64,000 nt of DNA, taken from assembly GCF_963921235.1 (NCBI RefSeq), contig NC_086097.1, positions 158,412,001 through 158,476,000 on the forward strand, written 5' to 3'. Origin of the DNA: Mobula hypostoma (lineage: Eukaryota). Positions 39,156 through 51,261 of the stretch are shown here, piece after piece; position 1 is the stretch's first letter, and every line of letters starts with the position of its first letter. Below the pieces are notes generated by a model, which was given only the letters and a program-made list of their open reading frames with translations, had not been told where the DNA came from and did not search any database. The position numbers and the translations under genes are program-made.

Positions 39156-39629
39156 TGTTTGTGCCTGAGACTTTTGCACAGAATTGTACTTGTTCTGCAT
39201 TTAAAGCTTTTTTTGCATTTTCCTTTTAATCTGCAGGGCCTTGTTAATCCTTATAACCTATTACTTCCATGATATCTGATGCTGCTATTGTGTAAATGCA
39301 CTGGCAGCCTCTAGTGACAAAAATTGTGAAGTACCAGGTTCCTCCATTTGTGAAGTATTGTGTTCTTGTTTTATGTTGATTCTGAGTTTATGAATCAGGA
39401 GGAGTGGAATTTCCAATCCTCACTTTCCACAAGTGATCATAAATGGAAGGTCTGAGTTAGGCCCATGGTGTGGTGCCATGTCATGAAGAAAAAGTGATGT
39501 AAATCCATCAGATATAAATTGGTTATGCCTGACATTGGGATTGGGTGGAGCAAAATGAAATGTTCAATTTACACGTTTTTTTTGGCTTCAAATGGAATCT
39601 GACACATTAGACAAATATATTTGCCTGGG

Positions 39630-40912
39630 TGATTGGAAGGTTAGTCGTGGCTAGAATGAACTCCTGCCTCAGCAAGGACCTGGACCCACTGCAATTTGCC
39701 TATCGCCACAATGAGTCTATGGCAAAAGCCATTTTAATGGCTCTTCACTCGGTCTTAGATCAACTGGACAATGCAAATATCAAGAGGCTGTTTGTTGACT
39801 ATAGCTCTGCGCTTAACACCATCATTCCCACAGTCCTGATTGACAAGATACAGAACCTGGGCCTCTGTATCTCCCTCTGCAACTGGATCCTCGACCTCCC
39901 AACCGGAAGACTACAATGTATGCGGATTAGTGATAATAAATTCTCCTTGCTAGCGATCAACACTGGAGCATTTCAGGGGTGTGTGCTGAGCCCACTGCTC
40001 TACTTCCTCTATACCCAGGAACTTGTGGCTAGGTATAGCTGAAATCCCATCTATAAAATTGCTGATGATACAACCATTGTTGGTAGAATCTCAGATGGGG
40101 ATGAAAGTGTGTACAGGAGTGAGGTATAGTAGGTGGCTGAGTGGTATCACAGCCACAACCTTGCATTCAGTGTATGTAAGATGAAAGAGCTGATTGTTGA
40201 CTTCAGGAAAGGTAAGCCAAGGGAAGATAAACCAATCCTCATAGAGGGATCAGAAGTGGAGAGACTGAGAAAATTCAAGTTCCTGGATCTCAAGAGCTCT
40301 GAGGATCTAACCTGGTCCCAACATATCGATGCAGCTATAAAGAAGGCAAGACAGCGGCTATATTTCATTAGGAGTTTGAAGCGATTTGGTTTGTCACTTA
40401 AAACACTCGAGAGCATTCTGACAGGCTACATCACTGTCTGGTATGTGGACATGGGGCTACTACACAAGACTGAAAGAAACTACAGAAAGTTGTAAATTTC
40501 CATCTTGGGTACTAGCCTCCATAGTATCCAAGAAATCTTCAAGGAGTGGTGGCTCAGAAAGGTGATGCCCATTATTAAGGAGCCCCCTCACCAAGGGCAT
40601 GTCCTCTTCTCATTGTTACCATCAAGGAGGAGGTACAGAAGCCTGAAGGCACACACTCAGCGATTCAGAAACTGCTTCTTCCTCTCTGCCATATGATTCC
40701 TAAATGGACATTAAATCCATGAACACTACCTCTCTTTTTAAAAAAAATATATATTTCTATTTAATGTATTTTAATCTATTTAATATATTGTTACTATAAT
40801 TTATTTATTTATTTATTTTTTCTTTCTATATTATCATGTATTGCATTGTACTGGGGCTGCTGTTAACAAATTTCATGACACATGCCAGTGATAATAAACC
40901 TGATTCTGATTC
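39630..40912 (+). mobile_element. Rex1/Babar-like LINE RT and 3' end
   Basis: LDPLQFAYR, LFVDYSSALNTIIP, GAFQGCVLSPLLY, KIADDT, KELIVDFRK, KARQRLYF. Confidence 0.92.
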
Positions 40913-41039
40913 AAATTTCAGCAAGTCCTTTAAAAGTTTACACCCACAATTAGTAGCATAAATTGGCAAATTGATGTTTTGCAAACCATGGGAATCACTT
41001 CGAAGATTTTATGGAGAGAGTGTAAAGCCATTGCTAGTT

Positions 41040-42300
41040 TAACGCACAAGCATATAGAATCACATCTTTCTGCCACTGCGTCCATGCTGATCATCAAGTT
41101 GAACTACACTCAATCGCAAATGCAGATACCTCTTAAATGTAAGAGCTCATTCAGTTCAGCTCATTCCAGAAATCAACTACTCTTTGTCTGAAAAACTTAC
41201 CCCTTGATAGCATCCACTACTCTGTGTTTAAAAAACAATCTTGACACAAACACTTCCTTTAAATTTTCCCTGATCTCATGTTAAGCGCCTTTACTTCCTG
41301 CGGAGCATCAAGAAAGCTCACCTCTGTCCCAGGATACTGACAGACTTTTACCGCTGTACCATTGATAGCATACTCACCAACTGCATCTCAGTGTGGTATG
41401 GCAATTGTCCCGTATCAGACCGCAAAGTACTCCAGCGTGTGGTGAAAACTGCCCAGCGGATTATCGGCACCCAATTGCCCACTATTGAGAGCATCTACCA
41501 TAAACGCTGCCTGGGCAGGGCGAAAAGCATTATCAAGGATGCATCTCACCCTAACCATGGACTTTTTACTCTCCTCCCATCCAGTAGGCGCTACAGGAGC
41601 CTCCGCTCCCGCACCAGCAGGCACAGGAAGAGCTTCTTCCCTGAGGCTGTGACACTGCTGAACCTCTCATCACAGCGCTAAGCAGTATTGCACCCATATT
41701 GTACTGTCTCAGTACTTTTATATTTGTGTGCTGTAGCACTTACTTTTTATTCGCAGTTATTTTGTAAATAACACTATTCTTTGCACTTCTGGTTAGATGC
41801 TAACTGCATTTCATTGGCTTTGTATTTGTACTTGGCACAATGACAATAAAGTTGAATCTAATCTAATCTAATCTACATTAAATGCATGCCCATGTCAAGT
41901 ATTAGACATTTCAACCCTGGGAGAATTACACCAACTGTCCATTATATCTATGCTTCTCATAATATTACAAACATCTTTCAGGTCTTCCGTCAACCTCTAT
42001 CATTCCAGAAAAAAATAGTCCAAGTTTGTCTAACCTCTCATTACAGCACATGTCCTCTAATCCTGGTAAACAACTTCTGCACTATCTCCAAATCCTTACA
42101 TTTTTCCTATAATGGGACAACGAGAATTGAATGCAGTACTCCAGGTTTGGCCTAACTAGAGTTTTATATTGCTACAACATAACTTCCGGACGCTTGAACT
42201 CAATGCCTCAACTAATAAAGGCAAGTATGTAATTTGTTGCTTTTACCTCCCTATTACCTTGTGCAGCCACTTTGAGGGAGCTAAGGACTTGGATCCTGAA
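41040..42300 (-). mobile_element. Old CR1 3' fragment interrupted by a young Rex1-like copy
   Basis: Colinear with the CR1 at 33420-34030. Confidence 0.65.
41285..41875 (+). mobile_element. Young 5'-truncated Rex1/Babar-like LINE
   Basis: RLYFLRSIKK..SILTNCISVWYG..LQRVVKTAQRIIG..LLPSSRRYRS..SFFPEAV; (aatct)n tail. Confidence 0.9.
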
Positions 42301-42712
42301 GTACTTTTAATGGAATTATGCTTGGTGTACAGGAGAAGGACATAGAGAATCATCAATCCCGAAATAATATGTGAACCTAATTGGAAAATTATATAAGTAA
42401 AATAGCTTAAAATGGAACAAAAGAGAATGAAGTGGAAGAGACTCACGGGGATTAATGTAAACGCAGAATTGTTTTGAAGATAGGGTGGTCCATTTCCAAG
42501 ACTTCCATTCCTTTTAAATATTGCAAAGGATCCCCCCGTCCTTATTTTCAATCTCAAGCAGCCTTCTCTTTCAATAAATCATCTTTGACCAATTCAGCCA
42601 CCACCAGTTCAAGTGACTACTCCTGTTTGTTTGCCCATGAGCAACAGTGGCTTCTTTTTACCCCAATCAGCCTGTCATCCAAAACACTGCTTTCTGAAGG
42701 GTCAGCAACATA

Positions 42713-42853
42713 TAGGTCGACCTTCGCTAATCTGGCACCATTGGGACCTGAAGAGTGCCGGATTAGTGAAAATGCCAAATTACAGAAGGATCACATTAAG
42801 CATAATCAGTGCTGGATTATCAATGGAACCGGATTATAGTGAAGGTCGACCTG
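42713..42853. mobile_element. Second copy of the pogo-like MITE at 15950
   Basis: TA-flanked TIRs; internal sequence near-identical to the first copy. Confidence 0.85.
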
Positions 42854-44214
42854 TACTAGTTCTTTTTTTCAATATAATAAACTGTATTCATTGCTCATAT
42901 TACTGGCACCTTGACAATAGGAAGTCCAAATTCATTCAGAGAAGGAAGTCTGAGAATCGGAGCGGGAGTGCGGAGGAAGCCATTTTTGAATTTTTTGGGT
43001 TTTTTTCCATCAGCGTTCAGAGAGGCGGGACTGCGCAGGCGTGTGACATCGGGTAGTGAAGCGCGGAAGATCTAAAAGAACAGAAATCCTGCTTTGGGTT
43101 TAATTCGGAGAAGGAAGTCTGAGAATCGGAGCTGGAGTGCGGAGGAAGCCATTTTTGAATTTTTCAGTATTTTTTCCATTGGCGTTCAGAGAGGCGGGAC
43201 TGCACAGGCTTGTGACGTTGGGCAGTGAAGTGCGGAAGATTTAAAAGGAACAGAGCCTTATACAGTGGGCAGCGTAGTTTGCGGGTGGCGGAGTGAGCCG
43301 GGAGCAGAGTGAAGGCTTAAGGGCCTTGGCTCCATGGGCTTAGGTGGAAACGGGCGAGGCGAGGAAGGTTTAGTATTCATTTTTTGTTGTTATTTGAGGA
43401 GAGGGGCAGTATGAGTGTGAGAGAAGCTTGTTGTTCTTGGTGCCAGATGTGGGAGGCCCTGGAGTCTTCAAGCCTCCCGGACATCCACAGTTGCACCAGC
43501 TGTGCCGAGATGCAGCTCCTAAGGGACCGCGTTAGGGAACTGGAGCTGCAGCTCGACGACCTTCGTCTGGTCAGGGAGAGTGAGGAGTTGATAGACAGGA
43601 GTTACAGGCAGGTGGTCACACCGAGGCCACGGGAGGCAGACCAGTGGGTCACGGTTAGGAGGGGGAAGGGGAAGAGTCAGGTAATAGAGAGTACCCCGGT
43701 GGCTGTGCCCCTTGACAGTAGGTACTCCTGTTTGAGTACTGTTGGGGGGGCGGGGGGGTCAGCTTACCTGGGGGAAGCGACAGTGGCCGTGCCTCCGGCA
43801 CAGAGTCCAGCCCTGTAGCTCAGAAGGGTAGGGAAAGGAAGAAGAGGGCAGTTGTAATAGGGGACTCGATAGTAAGGGGGTCAGATAGGCGATTCTGTGG
43901 ACGCAGTCCAGAGACCCAGATGGTACGTTGCCTCCCTGGTGCCAGGGTCCGGGATATTTCTGATCGCGTCCAAGATATCCTGAAGTGGGAGGGTGAGGAG
44001 CCAGAGGTCGTGGTACATATAGGTACCAATGACATAGGTAGGAAAAGGGAAGAGGTCCTGAAAGGAGAATATAGGGAGTTAGGAAGGGAGTTGAGAAAAA
44101 GGACCGCAAAGGTAGTAAACAACAGGAATTCTGCAGATGCTGGAAATTCAAGCAACATACATCAAAGTTGCTGGTGAACGCAGCAGGCCAAGCAGCATCT
44201 ATAGGAAGAGGCGC

Positions 44215-44250
44215 AGTCGACGTTTCAGGCCGAGACCCTTCGTCAGGACT
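44215..44250 (-). ncRNA. Minimal type I hammerhead ribozyme in the PLE pseudo-LTR
   Basis: Minus strand reads agtc-CTGACGA-agggtctcggcct-GAAACGTC-gact. Confidence 0.82.
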
Positions 44251-44543
44251 AACTGAAGGAAGAGTGAGTAAGGGATTTGAAAGCTGGAGGGGGAGGGGGA
44301 GATGCAAAATGATAGGAGAAGACAGGAGGGGGAGGGATAGAGCCGAGAGCTGGACAGGTGATAGGCAAAAGGGGATACGAGAGGATCATGGGACAGGAGG
44401 CCTAGGGAGAAAGACGGGGGGGGGGGTATCCAGAGGATGGGCAAGAGGTATATTCAGAGGGACAGAGGGAGAAAAAGGAGAGTGAGAGAAAGAATGTGTG
44501 CATAAAAATGAGTAACAGCTGGGGTACGAGGGGGAGGTGGGGC

Positions 44544-46379
44544 CTAGCGGAAGTTAGAGAAGTCAATGTTCATGCCATCAGGTTGGAGGCTACCCAGACG
44601 GAATATAAGGTGTTGTTCCTCCAACCTGAGTGTGGCTTCATCTTTACAGTAGAGGAGGCTATGGATAGACATGTCAGAATGGGAATGGGATGTGGAATTA
44701 AAATGTGTGGCCACTGGGAGATCCTGCTTTCTCTGGCGGACAGAGCGTAGATGTTCAGCAAAGCGGTCTCCCAGTCTGCGTCGGGTCTCACCAATATATA
44801 AAAGGCCACATCGGGAGCACCGGACGCAGTATATCACCCCAGTCGACTCACAGATGAAGTGATGCCTCACCTGGAAGGACTGTTTGGGGCCCTGAATGGT
44901 GGTGAGGGAGGAAGTGTAAGGGCATGTGTAGCACTTGTTCCGCTTACACGGATAAGTGCCAGGAGGGAGATCAGTGGGGAGGGATGGGGGGGACGAATGG
45001 ACAAGGGAGTTGTGTAGGGAGTGATCCCTGCGGAATGCAGAGAGAGGGGGGGAGGGAAAGATGTGCTTAGTGGTGGGATCCCGTTGGAGGTGGCGGAAGT
45101 TACGGAGAATAATATGTTGGACCCGGAGGCTGGTGGGGTGGTAGGTGAGGACCAGGGGAACCCTATTCCTAGTGGGGTGGTGGGAGGATGGAGTGAGAGC
45201 AGATGTACGTGAAATGGAGGAGATGCGTTTAAGAGCAGAGTTGATAGTGGAGGAAGGGAAGCCCCTTTCTTTCAAAAATGAAGACATCTCCCTCGTCCTA
45301 GAATGAAAAGCCTCATCCTGAGAGCAGATGCGGCGGAGACGGAGGAATTGCGAGAAGGGGATGGCGTTTTTGCAAGAGACAGGGTGAGAAGAGGAATAGT
45401 CCAGATAGCTGTGAGAGTCAGTAGGCTTATAGTAGACATCAGTGGATAAGCTGTCTCCAGAGACAGAGACAGAAAGATCTAGAAAGGGGAGGGAGGTGTC
45501 GGAAATGGACCAGGTAAACTTGAGGGCAGGGTGAAAGTTGGAGGCAAAGTTAATAAAGTCAACGAGTTCTGCATGCGTGCAGGAAGCAGCGCCAATGCAG
45601 TCGTCGATATAGCGAAGGAAAAGTGGGGGACAGATACCAGAATAGGCACGGAACATAGATTGTTCCACAAACCCAACAAAAAGGCAGGCATAGCTAGGAC
45701 CCATACGGGTGCCCATAGCTACACCTTTAGTTTGGAGGAAATGGGAGGAGCAAAAGGAGAAATTATTAAGAGTAAGGACTAATTCCGCTAGACGGAGCAG
45801 AGTGGTGGTAGAGGGGAACTGATTAGGTCTGGAATCCAAAAAGAAGCGTAGAGCTTTGAGACCTTCCTGATGGGGGATGGAAGTATATAAGGACTGGACA
45901 TCCATGGTGAAAATAAAGCGGTGGGGGCCAGGGAACTTAAAATCATCGAAAAGTTTAAGAGCGTGAGAAGTGTCACGAACATAGGTCGGAAGGGATTGAA
46001 CAAGGGGTGATAAAACAGTGTCGAGGTATGCAGAAACGAGTTCGGTGGGGCAGGAGCAAGCTGAAACAATAGGTCGGCCAGGACAGGCAGATTTGTGGAT
46101 CTTGGGTAGGAGGTAGAAACGGGAAGTGCGGGGTGTGGGAACTATAAGGTTGGTAGCAGTGGATGGGAGATCCCCTGAGCGGATAAAGTCGTTGATAGTG
46201 TGGGAGACAATGGCCTGGTGCTCCTTGGTGGGGTCACGATCGAGGGGTAAATAAGAGGAGGTATCCGCGAGTTGTCGCTGTGCCTCGGCAAGGTAGAGGT
46301 CAGTACGCCAGACTACAACAGCACCCCCCTTATCAGCGGGTTTAATAATAAGGTTAGGATTAGTGCGGAGGGAGTGGAG
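44544..46379 (-). CDS. PLE reverse transcriptase + GIY-YIG endonuclease (open frame, N-terminus missing)
   Basis: Stop-free frame read by hand from 46379: KPADKG, LPKIHK, RPIVS, MDVQSLYT, GVAMG, RYIDD, Cys linker CKRNKCYTC, VIY..YIGET. Confidence 0.92.
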   Translation of the reverse strand, partial: LHSLRTNPNLIIKPADKGGAVVVWRTDLYLAEAQRQLADTSSYLPLDRDPTKEHQAIVSHTINDFIRSGDLPSTATNLIVPTPRTSRFYLLPKIHKSACPGRPIVSACSCPTELVSAYLDTVLSPLVQSLPTYVRDTSHALKLFDDFKFPGPHRFIFTMDVQSLYTSIPHQEGLKALRFFLDSRPNQFPSTTTLLRLAELVLTLNNFSFCSSHFLQTKGVAMGTRMGPSYACLFVGFVEQSMFRAYSGICPPLFLRYIDDCIGAASCTHAELVDFINFASNFHPALKFTWSISDTSLPFLDLSVSVSGDSLSTDVYYKPTDSHSYLDYSSSHPVSCKNAIPFSQFLRLRRICSQDEAFHSRTREMSSFLKERGFPSSTINSALKRISSISRTSALTPSSHHPTRNRVPLVLTYHPTSLRVQHIILRNFRHLQRDPTTKHIFPSPPLSAFRRDHSLHNSLVHSSPPSLPTDLPPGTYPCKRNKCYTCPYTSSLTTIQGPKQSFQVRHHFICESTGVIYCVRCSRCGLLYIGETRRRLGDRFAEHLRSVRQRKQDLPVATHFNSTSHSHSDMSIHSLLYCKDEATLRLEEQHLIFRLGSLQPDGMNIDFSNFR

Positions 46380-49300
46380 TGTCCCTCTGAATATACCTCT
46401 TGCCCATCCTCTGGGTCACCCCCCCCCCCGTCTTTCTCCCTAGGCCTCCTGTCCCATGATCCTCTCGTATCCCCTTTTGCCTATCACTTGTCCAGCTCTC
46501 GGCTCTATCCCTCCCCCTCCTGTCTTCTCCTATCATTTTGCATCTCCCCCTCCCCCTCCAGCTTTCAAATCCCTTACTCACTCTTCCTTCAGTTAGTCCT
46601 GGCAAAGGTAGTAATCTCGGGATTACTGCCTGTGCTACGTGACAGTGAGAGTAGGAATGCAGTGAGGTGGAGGATAAATGCATGGCTGAGGGATTGGAGC
46701 AGGGGGCAGGGATTCAAGTTTTAGGATCATTGGGACCTCTTTTGGTGCAGATGTGACATGTACAAAAAGGACGGGTTACACTTGAATCCTAGGGGGACCA
46801 ATATCCTGGCGGGGAGATTTGTGAGGGCTACTGAGGTGACTTTAAACTAGAATGGTTGGGGGGTGGGAATCAAATTAAAGAGATGAGGAGAGAGGAGGTT
46901 AGTTCACAACAGGGGGATGGGAACCAGTGCAGAGAGACAGAGGGGTGTAAAATGAGGGTAGAAGCAAAAAGTAGTAAGGAGAAAAGTCAAAGTGGCAGGC
47001 CGGCAAATCCAGGGCAAAAATCAAAAAGGGCCACTTTTCAACATAATTGTATAAGTCTAAGAGTGTTGTAAAAGCGAGCCTGAAGGCTTTGTGTGTCAAT
47101 GCAAGGAGCATTCGTAACAAGGTGGATGAATTAAAAGTGCAGATTGTTATTAATGAATATGATATAGTTGGGATCACAGAGACATGGCTCCAGGGTGACC
47201 AAGGATAGGAGCTCAACATTCAGGGATATTCAGTATTCAGGAGGGATAGACATGAAAGAAAAGGAGGTGGGGTAGCATTGCTGGTTAGAGAGGAGATTCA
47301 CGCAATAGAAAGGAAGGACATTAGCCGGGAGGATGTGGAATCGATATGAGTAGAGCTGCATAACACTAAGGGGCAGAAAACGCTGGTGGGAGTTGTGTAC
47401 AGGCCACCTAACAGTAATAGTGAGGTTGGGGATGGTATTAAACAGGAAATTCGAAATGCGTGCAATAAAGGAACAGCATTTATAATGAATGACTTCAATC
47501 TACATATAGATTAGGTGAACCAAATTGGTAAGGGTGCTGAGGAGGAGGATTTCTTGGAATGTATGCGGGATGGTTTTTTGAACCAACATGTCGAAGAACC
47601 AACTAGAGAGCAGGCTATTCCAGACTGGGTATTGAGCAATGAGGAAGGGTTAATTAGCAATCATGTTGTGAGAGGCCCCTTGGTTAAGAGTGACCATAAT
47701 ATGGTGGAATTCTTCATTAAGATGGAGAGTGACATAGTTAATTCAGAAACAAAGATTCTGAACTTAAAGAAGGGTAACTTTGAAGGTATGAGACGTGAAT
47801 TAGCTAAGATAGACTGGCAAATGACACTTAAAGGGTTGACGGTGGATATGCAATGGCAAGCATTTAAAGATGGCATGAATGAACTACAACAATTGTTCCT
47901 CCCAGTTTGGCAAAAGAAGGTAGTGCACATGTGGCTGACAAGGGAAATTAGGGATAGTATCAATTCCAAAGAAGAACCATACAAATTAGCCAGAAAAAGT
48001 GGCTCACCTGAGGACTGGGAGAAATTCAGAGTCCAGCAGAGGGTCCAGTGAGATGGAGGAACTGAGGGAAATACATGTTAGTAGGGAAGTGGTGTTAGGT
48101 AAATTGAAGGGATTAAAGGCAGATAAATCCCCAGGGCCAGATGGTCTGCATCCCAGAGTACTTAAGGAAGTAGCCCAAGAATTAGTGGATGCATTAGTGA
48201 TAATTTTTCAAAATTCTTTAGATTCTGGACTAGTTCCTGAGGATTGGAGGGTGGCTAATGTAACCCCGCTTTTTAAAAAAGGAGGGAGAGAGAAACCGGG
48301 GAATTATTGACTGGTTAGCCTAACATTGGTGGTGGGGAAAATGCTAGAGTCAGTTATCAAAGATGTGATAACAGCACATTTGGAAAGTGGTGAAATCATC
48401 GAACAAAGTCAGCATGGATTTGTGAAAGGAAAATCATGTCTGATGAATCTCATAGAATTTTTTGAGGATATAACTGGTGGAGTGGATAGGGGAGAACCAG
48501 TGGATGTGGTATATTTGGATTTTCAAAAGGCTTTTGACAAGGTGCCACACGGGAGATTACTGTGCAAACTTAAAGCACATGGCATTGGGGTAAGGTATTG
48601 ATGTGGATAGAGAATTGGTTGGCAGACAGGAAGCAAAGAGTGGGAATAAACGGGACCTTTTCAGAATGGTAGGCAGTGACTGGTGGGGTACTGCAAGGCT
48701 CAGTGCTGGGACCCCAATTGTTTACAATATATATTAATGACTTAGATAAGGGAATTAAATGCAGCATCTCCAAGTTTGCGGATGACCCGAAGCTGGGCGG
48801 CAGTGTTAGCTGTGAGGAGGATGCTAAGAGGATGCAGGGTGACTTGGATAGGTTAGGTGAGTGGGCAAATTCATGGCAGATGCAATTTAATGTGGATAAA
48901 TGTGAGGTTATCCACTTTGGTGGCAAAAACAGGAAAACAGATTATTATCTGAATGGTGGCCGATTAGGAAACGGGGAGGTGCAACGAGACCTGGGTGTCA
49001 TTGTGCACCAGTCATTGAAAGTGGGCATACAGGTACAACAGGCGGTGAAAAAGGCGAATGGTATGCTGGCATTCATAGCAAGAGGATTCGAGTACAGGAG
49101 CAGGGAGGTACTACTGCAGTTGTAGAAGGTCTTGGTGAGACCACACCTGGAGTATTGTGTGCAGTTTTGGTCCCCTAATCTGAGGAAAGACATCCTTGCC
49201 ATAGAGGGAGTACAAAGAAGGTTGACCAGATTGATTCCTGGGATGGCAGGACTTTCATATGATGAAAGACTGGATCGACTAGGCTTATACTTGTTGGAAT

Positions 49301-51261
49301 TTAGAAGATTAAGGGAGGATCTTTTGAAACGTATAAAATCATAAAGGGATTGGACAGGCTAGATGCAGGAAGATTGTTCCCGATGTCGGGAAAGTCCAGA
49401 ATGAGGGGTCACAGTTTGAGGATAAAGGGGAAGCCTTTTAGGATCGAGATGAGGAAAAAGTTCTTCACACAGAGAGTGGTGAATCTGTGGAATTCTCTGC
49501 CACAGGAAACAGTTGAAGCCAGTTCATTGGCTATATTTAAGGGGGAGTTAGATATGGCCCTTGTGGCTAAAGGGATCAGGGGGTATGGAGGGAAGGCTGG
49601 TGCAGGGTTCTGAGTTGGATGATCAGCCATGATCATACTGAATGGTGGTGCAGGCTCGAAGGGCCGAATGGCCTACTCCTGCACCTATTTCTATGTTTCT
49701 ATGTTTGTGGAAGTCTTCTTTTCAATCTCCATATACACCCCTGAGCTGGTGGTCACTTCCTATTTTACTGGCAGTCGAACATTCTACACCATTTCATTGA
49801 AATTCAAAGGGCAACACTTCATGGTTTAATGAGGCATGTTTGGACTTGACATTATTAAAAATTCCAAATCTTTAATTTTAAGGTGGTGCTGATAATGGCT
49901 TTGCTCTTTCCACATACCTTATTTGTGGAACTACCTCAGCTCCCTAGGAGGCTGGACAGGAAAAATGATGAGACGATGTTTTCTGTCACAGGAGAGTCCA
50001 GAATCGGAGGTTAAAGTAAGTGGGATTTAGTCAGTTAAGATTGAGAAGAAGATGATCTTTTTTCAGAAGTTTGTGAGTCTTTGGAATTCCCTGCCACAGG
50101 GAGCAGTGGGAGCCGAGTCCTGGTATATATTCACCCTGAAATAAATGGATTTCTCTCAGGTTAAGAGGAAATGGAACTCACAGAATATCTCTTGATTCTG
50201 TTGATTGGCACAGCATGCTCAAGGACTGAATGGCTTAATTATACTTCTTGCCTTCGATTTTTACCACCTCGAGCAAAACCTTTAGTGCTGTAGAGTTATA
50301 CAGGGTCTCCGGCCCAATATATCCATGCTGACCAAGGTGCCATCCTGAGCTCAATCCAATTCCCTCTGCTTGTCCCATAATCCTTTAAGCCTTTCCTAAC
50401 CATTCGCCTGTTGAAACATTGTAATTGAACCTGCCTCTAGCATTTCTTCTGGCGATTTGTTCCATATACCCATAAACCCTGTGTGAGAAACGAGCTCACC
50501 TTAAACGCATGTCCTTTAGTTCTAGACTCTCCTATCCTGGGAAAAGGACTTTGACCATCCACCTAATTAATGCCATTCATTATTTTGTAAATACTTATCA
50601 GGTCACCCCTCGTTCTTTTCAGTCTACATTACTTCCCTGTTAAATTGTTGGTATTTTCCAGTTCCGATGAAAGATCATTGACTGAATTACCAACTCTCTT
50701 TGCCCCAAACACACTTTCTGTCTGATTTGAAATAGTTTTCCATTATTTATTATTCATGCCTCATATTTGTAACAACTACAATATTTGGGCTTCCTGTTAT
50801 AAGAACTTCATTCAGTCCGTCAATCTAAAGCTCCCATACAGATATGTAAGGGCTCAGCTGAACTTAACTCCATTCACCCATCGTGAAACCATAACACTTA
50901 AGACTATTTCCTATCAAAATATATCAGCATCCATTTCAAGATTTCCAATTTGGACAGCCACCAATGGTGATAAAATGATCAATATTCACCATCTCTGAGT
51001 AAAATAAAAAGCCTCAATCATCACCCTGAAAATCCTTTGTTCTAATGTTGTGCTGTTCCTTTTGATTTGAACTCTGACCCAGGAAAACTCATTTTCCTGA
51101 TTTATCAACTCATTTAATTAACTCAAACGCTTGACATGGGTGTCCTGGCAGAGGTCAAATAAAGGCCAAGCTCTGAGGATTTGTAGCCAGTGCCCGCAAC
51201 ATACATTGACCAATGCACTTTCAAATGCTACATTGCACCTCACATGCACTTTGTTTAGTAC

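Larger units (their letters stand above)
36954..39187. mobile_element. Tiny Tc1-type MITE split by the Tc1 element
   Basis: Left end TA-cagtgctttgcaaaagtcttaggcac; right end gtgcctgagacttttgcacagaattg-TA. Confidence 0.7.
44119..46601 (-). mobile_element. Penelope-like element (Neptune-like), 5'-truncated, with an inverted partial pseudo-LTR
   Basis: 13-bp TSD gcaaaggtagtaa (44106-44118 and 46602-46614); 46381-46601 is the reverse complement of 44244-44463. Confidence 0.95.
42927..49706 (+). mobile_element. Near full-length CR1 LINE: tandem 5'UTR, ORF1 (Zn-finger/coiled-coil + SGNH esterase) and ORF2 (APE + RT); inactivated by stops, a deletion near 48040 and a PLE insertion
   Basis: ORF1 ATG 43411 CxxC..CxxC, GDSIVRG, CLPGARV, VHIGTND, DGLHLN; ORF2 NARSIRNK, ITETWL, YRPP, SDH, QHGF, YLDFQKAFDKV, QGSVLGP, FADD; (ttctatgt)n tail. 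Confidence 0.95.

Noticed and set aside
42920..49715. ggaagtc as TSD of the full-length CR1
   Set aside because: Only 7 bp, offset from the tail by a few bases, and the motif also occurs inside the 5'UTR; not reliable.
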